NCBI RefSeq assembly: GCF_006345805.1
Contig: NC_043001.1
Location: forward strand, 34,410,001-34,474,000
Reading direction: 5' to 3'
From: Octopus sinensis
Lineage: Eukaryota
Length of the DNA stretch: 64,000 bases
This document shows, one piece after another, positions 53,311 to 64,000 of the stretch. The translations under genes were made by a program, and so were the position numbers. The notes beneath the pieces were generated by a model. It searched no databases, had not been told where the DNA came from, and worked only from the letters and a program-made list of their open reading frames with translations. Position 1 is the first letter of the stretch, and each line of letters opens with the position of its first letter.

Positions 53311-54035
53311 TAACGCAAACATTGGCGCAAAGACCAACATTTTCACACAGACATACACACACATGCGAAGAGAAAAGTACGCTCTATGTTTATGATTATG
53401 TTTTTATAAGGCTTAAAGAAGGAAATAGTTGAAACGAAATTGAAAACTAATGAATAGATTAAAAGATTAATAGAATTTTATTTCAACTCATGAACTGATG
53501 TGAACAAAGCCATTTCGATAAAGAATCCCCATAAAATCGTAAAATTGCCGAATACTTGCAGTTGTTATATTTCTCGTCTTTTCTTCTTTGGATTCGATTC
53601 TTAGGATAAATATACTGCTGCTGCTACTAACTACTACTACTAAACTACTCTACTACTACTACTACTAACTACTACTACTACTACTACTAATAATATAATA
53701 ATAATATAACATAATAATAATAATAATAGTAGATAGTAGTAGTATTAGTAGTAAGTAATAATAATAATAATAATAATTATAAATAATAATAATCATAATA
53801 ACAATAATAATAATATTAATAATACCAATATAAATGGTTTGATCGAAAAATTTTCAGGTGAAAGGAAGTGATTTAGCAAACATTCTTCAAATTGAAAAAT
53901 AGTTTTTTGAGTTCGGCGAGGTGTAAAAATGCAAGATAAACAACATCGAGAAATAACACCTGCAAGGAAAACAAGAACGATGACGATTACGACGACGACG
54001 ACGACGACAAGTACAGCAACAGCAACAACAGTATG

Positions 54036-54083
<48 letters not shown>

Positions 54084-54648
54084 AATAACAACAACGGCAA
54101 CAATATAAATTACGATTATCACAGCTGCTGCAGCAGTAACTACAACCCACTAGCACCATCACCATCAGCAACAGTAACAACAACATCAACAACAGCAGCA
54201 GCAGTAGCAGCAGCAGCAGCAAACGTTCAAGAATTTGGACCTGGAGATCTCCATTTCCAGCGACTTCGAGGGCCACCTCCCAGTGGTGTCGGGCGTCAAC
54301 GAAGAGCCCTCGACTACAACAAGACAACCAAAGTTGTTTTTTTTTTCCCAAGGTCTGGGGTCTCCATCCCCTAACCCCTAGACCATCATCTAATCACCCT
54401 TACCGTCTTATTGTTTAACAAAAACAACAACAACAACAACAACAAAAGTAATAACGAATACAACAGCAGCAGTACCACCACCACCACCACCACCACCACC
54501 ACCACCACCACCACCACCACCACCACCAAAAACAACAACAACAACAACAACAAAAACAAGACCAACACCAGCAACAATAACAACAAAAGCATAAACAATA
54601 GCGATTATTGGGGCAACTGGAGTAGCAACAACAGCCTTAACAACACTG

Positions 54649-54696
<48 letters not shown>

Positions 54697-55294
54697 ATAA
54701 TAATAATAATAATAATAATAACAACAATAATAATAATAATAATAGTAGTAGTAATAATAATAATAACAATAATAATAATAATAATAATAACAATAATAAT
54801 AATATTAATAATACCAACAACAACAACAACAATAGCAACAACAACAACCATGGCATAAACAACATCAGCAACAGCATCAAATATAACAGTCACTGTAACA
54901 ACAATAACAGCTGCAGCCGTTGCGATAACAAGTAGGAGACATGTGCAAATTTCCAGAGGTCACCAAGTCTGGTCTTTTTAGCAGGGGATCATTTCTGATT
55001 CGAGAGAAACTCTACGGTCACAATTGCCTTTGTCACCTGGATCTCTGCAAGTTGCATCCGGAACGGGGGATTTGTGGAGTCCTGTACCTATTGTCACATG
55101 TAGGACGGAACTAGTTTCCATTCTCTTCTCTATCACCTGCATCACATACCCTTTTCTTTCTCGTTTTACACAATTGCCATTGTTATGTAACCTTAACCTT
55201 CAGCTTGTGGTGCAAAATTTGTTGTTATTATTGGCAAAATCATTAGCATTTTGAGTGAAATGCTTAGTGATATTTCTTAAGGCTAAACGTTCTA

Positions 55295-55717
55295 TCTCTT
55301 TTATCTCTTTTACTTGTTTCAGTTATTTGACTGTGGCCATGCTGGAGCACCACCTTAAGTCGCGCAAATCGACCCCAGGACTTATTCTTTGGACGACCAG
55401 TACTTATTCTATCGGTCTCTTTTGCCGAACCGCTAAGTTACGGGGACGTAAACACACCAGCATCGGTTGTCAAGCGATGTTGGGGGGGACAAACACAGAC
55501 ACACAAACACAGGCACATACACACACACACATAGATACACATACATATATACGACGAGCTTCTTTCAGTTTCCGTCTACCAAATCCACTCACAAGGTTTT
55601 GTTCGGCCCGAGGCTATAGTAGAAGACACTTGCCCAAGGTGCCACGCAGTGAGACTGAGTCCGGAGCCATGTTGTTGGTAAGCAAGCTACTTACCACACA
55701 GCCACCCCTCCGCCTAT
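55295..55717 (-). mobile_element. SINE S1, full length
   Basis: Reverse complement of the 22272-22682 family. Confidence 0.9.
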
Positions 55718-55859
55718 AAAGAAACATTATAAGTTGTACATCCATAAATACAAACAACGATTAATTAATAAGCCATTTATAACTCTACACAAATATTACA
55801 ATTCATGATGTCATCAAACCAACAAATAAAGTAGCAACATATGTACAAAATCTAAAAAT

Positions 55860-56190
55860 GACTAAAACAATTGCAGAAGAAAGGAAGACATAATTAAAAA
55901 CTTAGAAGAAGTGCTTAGGAAAGATATCGCAAGCGACGCGCTTGCAGCAGGACTGGCCTTTGACCAATTCTTCAACTCGAAGCATGAATGCTGCGTCGCC
56001 AGAGCTAAGGCGTGTGTTCTGAAACACGAAAGGGCGAAAGCCGTTCGATAGAGGCGCAATGTGGTGACAAAGTTATAATTCGGGCTTTGACGGTCCATGA
56101 TGGGCGCGTGTTATTTGATCTTAAGCACATATTTGCAGTTTTTCAGCGTCATTTAGCACTTCTGTCTCGAACAAGATGGCAGAATGACGT
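55860..56190 (+). mobile_element. Internal fragment of a related Tx1-like ORF2 (EN-RT linker)
   Basis: ggcctttgaccaattcttcaactcgaagcatgaatgctgcgtcgccagagctaag aligns with ggccctcgaccaacacttcaacgccaaacacgaaggatgtgctgtcagagctagg at ~47980-48035. Confidence 0.6.
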
Positions 56191-56613
56191 GTTGGTGTGC
56201 ATATGTAAACGTAAACGCTAAGTGTGTCTTTGAAGAAAACGTGGATGTGAAGAGGTGGTAGCAGGCACGAGTGTGAGACAAATGAGAAAGCAAAAGGAAA
56301 GGAATTTGTCAGAGATTTTGTGGAGGGGTATGAGAGTGAGGTGCTGTTATATGGAAACAAAATGTCTGAGTTAAAAAAAAAAAATGAAAGTGAGAGGAAA
56401 GATACCTGCTGTAGGAGGAAAGACAAGTCAGAGAAAAATTACTCACAAAACATTTATAAAAGCAATAGAAAAAAGCAGAGGAGGGTGGAAAATGCGTGTT
56501 CTGTGAGAGATGAAAAGTTATTTAAACATTACACAATACTGGTGAAAAGTCCGGGAAGTTCGATGGAATGCCATAAGGATATACATACACACACACACAC
56601 ACACACACACATA

Positions 56614-56651
<38 letters not shown>

Positions 56652-56671
56652 ATATATATATGTATGTGTGT

Positions 56672-56706
<35 letters not shown>

Positions 56707-57788
56707 ATATATCCAAGAATTCTTTTTGTTGAAGTCGTCATCAGTCAGCGAAAATGACAGCAGCAAGAACTCTGGCTACAATGAAAACTATGACAACGCC
56801 TCAACAACAACAATAACAAAACGGTATTACTATGACCATAGACAATGAAGAGGGTGAAAAACCGGTCAAGTTTCAATTTAACTTTTTTTTTTTTCTTAAA
56901 TTTCTTTTATCTTTTAAGTTGTGAATCAGATATTCCTGTCACTGGCTAGAAGAAGAAAAATTAGTTGTTACATTTCTTGAAAGCTCTGACTTCAAAGGCA
57001 TTGTTTTTTGTTTATGCGAACAAACCATTATTTTTCTTTTCTTTCAATAGTTATCTTTTCTTTTCTTTTTCTTCTTGAGGCCGATGTTGTTTTACCCTGT
57101 TCCATGAAGAATATAAAAATAGAATTTCTTTTCTTTTATTAACTTAGTCTTCCGTTTCTTATTCCAGCATGTTTGAAAGAGAATCCAGTATATTCAGTCC
57201 AAGACAACTCTTATTGATATTATTAATATTATCATTGTTATTATAATGCTCTGTTTCTTTACATTTTATTGTCACGACTTCTCCAATATTCTATATCAAA
57301 ATAAAGAATATCCTTACCTTTTTTTCTTTCACCCTTCACAGTCTGCAATGCTTCGTATTTGATAGATCCTTAACAGAAATATCTAGTAAAAATTATTTGG
57401 AATGGAAACTGTCAGGGAAAGTGACACTACGTCACGAAGGTCATATACTGGAAAAGAAAATTTGCAGAATTTGACAGAAATTGTGAAATGGAAATATATA
57501 TGGAGTTCTTAAGGATGGCATTTGTTTTGTAACAGAGGGAAATATTACTCAGCTGTGATATTTAGTTTTTATATCTTATTGAATAGCATTAGGATTCTTG
57601 AAAAATGGTTACAAAGGAGATTGGACATAGAGTTATTTTATTATAATCGAACAATAATATATATCCTCTTACTTAGTCGATCGGCATGCAAGTAATAGAA
57701 GCAAAATGCCCTGAAATTACAATCAAAAGCCTTAAAAAACGTAGGTTACATTATGAAAGTTGGCTTTTATAAATTGCTTTTATTAATT

Positions 57789-58600
57789 ACTAGCAGCATA
57801 GCCCGGCGTTGCCCGGGTATGTAAGAGCCCCTAGTAGGCAACGAGTAATCCCAATCTAGTCCTTTCCCTCTAGGGAACGAAGGCGCATGTGTAGGTTGTA
57901 ATGTCTTCTCTTCACTCCCAAATAACTATCAAACAGCTATCGATAATTCAACCCAACCAATTCCTACCAGGAAGAAATTACATTCGAGACTTTACCCCCA
58001 ACACCGCCACTTCTGCTAATAGCTGCTGCAGCTGCAAGTTATTCGAATACTTTTTTTGTTTACACTTTCTTTATAACTACCACCCCAAGCGTTTTACCTT
58101 AAATTTTTGACGTACCCTAAGGGTCCTCGGACGCTACTTGCAAACTCTTGGTTTATTATAAACCGCTTTTGTCGTGTGCATCAAAAACCTTTTCCATTCG
58201 TTTGTTCAGTTTGGTCACTTTTGACTTTTTCGTTGTTGTCACTCACATTGCTGCCCGCTTTTTTGCCGTTTTTGTACATTTTCATACATTTTGGGATACT
58301 TACCCCACGTGTTCCGAGAGTTAAAAAGGTCGAGTTGCGTCCCCTAGACAGTCTGTAGAAAATGTGTTGCATATAAAAAGCTTAGATTCTCGACCCATGT
58401 CGAATTTATCGATTTTTTTCAGAACTAGGGGAACTTCTCAAAATTTTCGCTGCGTTACTTTTGAATTATGACATTGGGCTACGTGTGTGTCAAGTTTGAT
58501 CAGAATCAGTTGAAAGCCGTGGTCAGGGTGAGGGTACAACCTGACAGACACACAGACACACAGACACACAGACAGACAAACTGCCGTTTATATATAGAGA
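57789..58600 (+). mobile_element. Helentron/DINE-like non-autonomous element (HINE-type)
   Basis: Starts actagcag with cccggcgttgcccggg hairpin; subterminal (CAGA/CA) microsatellite; ends tttatatatagag. Confidence 0.65.
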
Positions 58601-58625
58601 GGTTTTTTGTTTGATTTTATTAATT

Positions 58626-59006
58626 ACTAGCAGTATCGCCCGGCGTTGCTCGGGTTTGTAAGAGAAATAACTATATAAGCATTTTTAGAGAGTTATAGCC
58701 AAAAAATAGCAAAAAAATGCATTAAAAATTGAAAAAAAATTAAGGTAATTTTTTTTTTAAATCGTTGACACATCGTAGATATTTTTAGAGAGTTACTTCC
58801 CTTATGCATTAAAATAGAAAAATATGATGGTAAATTTTTTTAAAATCGTAGACCCATCGTAGACGCGCGCTAATACCCAGAAGGGCTCGATATGAATCAC
58901 GACTATAAGATACCCGCTTTTGGTTAAACTGCACCGCAAAATGTGGGAGTAGTTACGAGTCTAAATCGTAGGAGACAGACACACAACTTCACTCTTATAT
59001 AAAGAT
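58626..59006 (+). mobile_element. Second HINE-type element with the same 5' end and a different body
   Basis: actagcagtatcgcccggcgttgctcggg...gacagacacaca...ttatataaagat. Confidence 0.65.
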
Positions 59007-59009
59007 GCT

Positions 59010-59331
59010 TTTTTTTTCAGTCATAGAGTTAGATTTATGAAGGTCTTCAGTAGAAAATCCTTCGAATTCTGACTCGCTGCTTGATATAATGAAATTCGTA
59101 TCCATTTTTTTGTCAGAATTACAAATTTTGAAAACACAATAGGAACAAATTTCGGAAAAAAATCTCCCATAATTCACGGAATTAAAATTACACTTCGATT
59201 TTTGTACAAAACTGTATTTGAAGTGTTTACGAAGTATAACACGTGTTTTCACGAATGTACTAAAGAGATTTACTCTGATATTCTCATTTAAATATGAATA
59301 GGTAAATTCGGGCGGTTTGGTAACGAAAGGG
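59010..59331 (-). mobile_element. piggyBac-like terminal fragment
   Basis: Minus strand TTAA|CCCTTTCG terminus (TTAA 59332-59335) followed by acidic MDTNFIISSSESEFEGFSTEDL; partner TIR not found. Confidence 0.45.
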
Positions 59332-59359
59332 TTAAACGGATGCATACATTTATTAATAA

Positions 59360-59815
59360 CTATATATAAGTGTCGTCTGTTTATACATAAACACTGTTTC
59401 ATACTTTCAGTTTAGTCTTCCTCAAATCACTCTGTCGCTATTTACTCTCTTCCAAGAACATTTTCACTCACTCTTATCTCTTAGCTTGCCATACATTTTA
59501 CTCATGTATCTATCAGCGTGATAGACAGAAACAAATATTACATCTAGTTTCACTTTATTCGTTGCACACTGTGTGTGTGTGTTTGCGTGTGCTGTAAACC
59601 AGACTAAGAAAAGCATTTGACATACACACCAGAATGTGAGTTTTCTGTAAATTTTGCTTAATTGGGGTTGAAATTTTAAAAAGTGGACCTGGCACGACCC
59701 GATGCATTCTACTCTTAAAAATGCTAGGTAAATTGTAATTGAAGAAATCCTATATTGTAGATTTCTATAACTGACAAAGGGAGGCAGATAAAATCTGCCT
59801 TTTATAATAAGAGAT
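59360..59815 (+). mobile_element. Possible Helitron/Helentron-type element, 3' end clear and 5' end uncertain
   Basis: Terminal hairpin ggcagat-aaa-atctgcc followed by ttttataataagagat. Confidence 0.35.
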
Positions 59816-60224
59816 TCTTTGGCGACATGAATGAATGTACAAAAATGAAAAATTCCGCGTAGTATTGGAATAAAAGTCTTCAGACGAATTAATCAACTCA
59901 AATGCATGAAATATGGTTGGTATTTATTTCCCTTTCGTACATTCAAATGTATGTATGTATGTACATATGTATATATGCATGTATGTATGTATGTATGTAT
60001 GTATGTATGTATGTATGTATGTATGTATGTATGTATGTATGTACATACATATTATGTATATATATATATATATATATATATAACCACGTGCTTTCACAAA
60101 TATATATGTATATATGATGAAGGCTAAGCATTTCTTATGCAGAGCCAGAAATCCGAGATCTGGAATTATCCACTAATTTTTTGCTAGTTTATTTTGTCTC
60201 TTTATCTTCTCTCCTGGTGCGGTA

Positions 60225-60430
60225 TGAACATTTAAGTTTTGGCTGCTATTTCTGGGGAATGGTTAGTCGATTACATCGACCTCAGTCATCAACTGGGACT
60301 TATTTTATCGACCCCGAAACGATGAAAGGCAAAGTCGACCTCGGCACAATTTTCAATTCAGAACGTAAAAATGGGTGAAATGCCGCTAAGCATTTCTCCT
60401 GGCGTGCTAACAATTTTGCCAGCTCACCGC
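60225..60430 (-). mobile_element. SINE S2
   Basis: Same central domain and head as 14559-14823, different tail. Confidence 0.8.
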
Positions 60431-60639
60431 TTTTTATAAAAATAATGATAAGGATAACATGAAGAAAAAGGAAGAAGTAAGAAAAACGAAGAAAAAGTAA
60501 AAGAGACAAGAGGAAAAAGCTGTTTAATCGAAATAATAATATAAATGATGATGAAGATGATGATGATGATGATGAATGATGATGATAATAATAATAATAA
60601 TAATAATAATATAATAATAATAATAATAATAATTATAAT

Positions 60640-60691
<52 letters not shown>

Positions 60692-60874
60692 TTTACTCCA
60701 TTTAATTTAATTTATGATTGATAATTTGATATTTTTATTACGAAACCAGGTTATGACTTGAAGTAGCAAAACATATGATTACAAACGTTCAATATGTACA
60801 CGTGTATGTTTGTATGATTGAATTTACGTAAGCCCTCCACCATACGCACGCGCATATATATATATATATTATAT

Positions 60875-60913
<39 letters not shown>

Positions 60914-61412
60914 CTATATATATATTTATATATCTATCTATCTATATATATACATATATATATATACACACAAACATATAAATCTGTATATAAGAATATA
61001 AATATATATATATATATATATATGAATATATGTATATGTAAATCTATATATGTGTATATATGTATATACATATGTATGTATGTATATATATATTTATATA
61101 TATATGTGTGTGTATGTATGTATATATATATATATTTATATATACATGTGTGTGTATGTATGTATATGTATATAATCTATGTATATATATATATTCACAA
61201 ACACACACGCACGCACACACACACACACACTCACACACACATGTATATAATTAAAACACCAAGGAGAACTTCTAAATCAATATTAAGATAATGCCATCCT
61301 CTACAAAAATCAAAAAGCAAGTAACAACAACAACTACAACAACAACAACAACAATAATAATATTAATAATAATAATAACAATAATAATAATAATAATAAC
61401 AATAACAATAAC

Positions 61413-61446
<34 letters not shown>

Positions 61447-61467
61447 TAATAATAATAATAATAATAA

Positions 61468-61498
<31 letters not shown>

Positions 61499-61869
61499 AA
61501 GCAATACCTATATTTGCTTCTTTATAATTGCTGAAGCTGATTTAAGAGGGAAGAAAGATAATGTACAAATGCAATAATGTAATATAATTTTCATTGGGAC
61601 GCTTAAGTTTTGCAGCAATCAGCGTTAAATTAACTCTAGCAACATAGTGCCTGATTTATTGCTAATCGAAGCTAATGTAATCCCAATTAATGTCGTATTT
61701 AAAACGACCTGGCTGAGATTCGCTTATATGTGCGTGTGTGAGTGTGTTTGCACGTGTGTGCGTGTGTGTGTGTGAGTGTGTGTGCGAGTGTATCAGTGAT
61801 GTTGTGTGCTTGTGTGTGAGCGTATGTGTATGTATGTATGTTTAATTCAAGTTAGGTAATGGTTCATAT

Positions 61870-61917
<48 letters not shown>

Positions 61918-61947
61918 TCTCTATCTCCAGCTATCTACGTATGTCTG

Positions 61948-62052
<105 letters not shown>

Positions 62053-62166
62053 GTCTGTCTGTCTGTCTGTCTCTCTGTGTGTGTGTGTCTCTCTTTCTCT
62101 CTCTCTCTGTATAATATATATATAGATAGATAGATACATACATACATACATACATACTACATACAT

Positions 62167-62240
<74 letters not shown>

Positions 62241-62267
62241 GTATTATGTATGTATTATGTATGTATG

Positions 62268-62343
<76 letters not shown>

Positions 62344-63689
62344 GATAATAATAATAATAGTGTGTCCTTATGTATATATGCATGTATGTATGTTTGTATG
62401 TATGTATATTGAGTTAGAGGCTAATCAGCCGCATATATTATACATCCAAATACACACACACACACACACACTCAAATCCACACATATATTCACTATGATG
62501 GTTGAACCAATCTGTTTAAAAATACATGTAAACAAGCGCAAATGCATATATTATTGTGGTTTTCGTCAATACTTATTGAAATCATAATCGTGGAAATTAA
62601 ACTGGTCATTAATAATCTGTATATATCAATCAAGATTGCTTGATGCACTCATGAACATTTGAATGTCAGGTCATGTGTGCCTATTCCTGAATGTATGTAT
62701 GTGTGTATGAGGGCAGCAATATATATTCTCACATTTTCGAGAGGATGAATATATAAATGCGTAGGTGTATATGTTGATCCGTGCATGCATATATGTGTGC
62801 ATATGTAAGCATATATATATGCATGTAGATATAGATGCCTAAGTATATGTATGTATATATGCGTGTGTACCTGTATGTGTATATGGGCATATATACACTG
62901 GGTTGTGTGTGGGAGGATATGTGTGAGTCTGTGTGTGTATGTGTGTACGTATCCGAATGTATGTGTATGAATATATGTGAGCGTATCTGTGTGTGTATAT
63001 GGGTATATATACATAGGTTTGTTTGTGTCTGAGACTCTGTGTGTGTATGTGTGTATGTATCTGACCACGGAATACTGAAGGTCAGCTAATAAAATTCGCA
63101 TGTGCAACCAGCCATGAGGAACAGGTCAGCGATCAGCCGGTACCAAAACAGCCATCGACTACTGGCAGCAAACAGCATGAATCTACCAACTGTTACTAAA
63201 TTCAAACCAAGACGGATAAATGGGATGGCCTTGAAATCGAAGATTTTACACTAACGGAGACAGCAATTGAATTTCACCTGAGGAAACACAACTAGATCTC
63301 ATTATGCAAACAAACAGTTGCATAATCAAATACCTAATTTTTTTGAGAACTAAGTCGTATAGAAACAATTGTAGTGATTAAAAGTAACTGTCCTACCGTA
63401 CACCTGCTTGTTGACTGCAATTTCTTCAGTTATACATACATACATACATACATACATACATACATGCATACATATATATACATATATGGACTCCCTGCTC
63501 GAAAATATAAGGACACGGATATTGTGTTGTATAGCCAGTTGGAAACGATGTTTCCTGAGGCTAAATAACAGCAACAATCATCCCTTCCAAGACAGCCACA
63601 TTATGTTGGCAAATAGCCTTTACTTTAAAAAACTGTTACTGAATATCTCTCTTTAAGAGATTTAGAATTACACACATACACACACATAT

Positions 63690-63840
63690 TTATATTTCCG
63701 TCTACCACAGCCACGCATGGGGTTTGGTCGGCCCGAGGCTATAGCAGAAGACACTTGCCCAAGGTGCCACGCAGTGGGATTGAACACGGAACCATGTAGT
63801 TGGGAAGCACGCTTCTTACGTCACCCCTACGCCTGCGCCT
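63690..63840 (-). mobile_element. SINE S1 head fragment
   Basis: ggcccgaggctatag..gaagacacttgcccaaggtgccacgcagtgggattgaac. Confidence 0.8.
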
Positions 63841-64000
63841 ATGTGTGTGTATGTGTGTGTGAGTTGGGAGGGATGCATTGGTCATAATGACCATAAAAAT
63901 ATGCTGTATAAAATTGTGAAATAAGAGGAAATAAAGTTTGAGGATGAACAAGTCTGCAAGTTCTACACAGTTATAATTATTCCTAATATATATATATATA

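Noticed and set aside
52032-53432. 466-aa ORF and all other HTYI, MYVC, YIYI, IYLS, poly-I, poly-L and poly-Y ORFs
   Set aside because: Translations of (CATA)n, (AT)n, (ATCT)n and (AAT)n microsatellites, which lack stops in some frames
54411-54935. 174-aa Asn/Thr-rich ORF
   Set aside because: AAC/AAT/ACT/ACC repeat frames are stop-free by construction

Overview
Repeat-dominated, AT-rich animal genomic DNA with no host protein-coding exon, rRNA, true tRNA gene or CRISPR array that I can support. The mix of very dense (AT)n, (CATA)n, (ATCT)n and (AAT)n microsatellites, tRNA-headed SINEs and LINE fragments suggests a cephalopod (Octopus-like) intron or intergenic region; this is inference, not a database match. 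Recognisable coding remnants are all transposon-derived: a young R4/Dong-clade RT-REL element in (TAA)n (9.2-12.0 kb), a Tx1/L1-clade APE-RT element in (ATCT)n (46.9-50.8 kb), plus HERO-like, CR1, RTE, L2-like, mariner, Tc1 and piggyBac-like fragments and Helentron-type non-autonomous elements. Most long ORFs in the supplied track are microsatellite artefacts. The most interesting signals are non-coding: (1) two hammerhead ribozymes with complete catalytic cores (17486-17546 +, 17948-18000 -) in or beside a Penelope-like inverted-repeat structure; (2) a tRNA-headed SINE whose tail carries a minimal hammerhead, inserted as a head-to-head dimer with one target-site duplication; (3) SINE tails that match the 3' ends of the Tx1 and CR1 LINEs in this same window; (4) a ~550-bp non-coding element that sits in (TAA)n in the same orientation as Dong and is also fused to an R4-type RT remnant. 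SINE family labels S1-S5 are my own working names. Clade and domain names come from recalled motifs and need HMM/Repbase confirmation.
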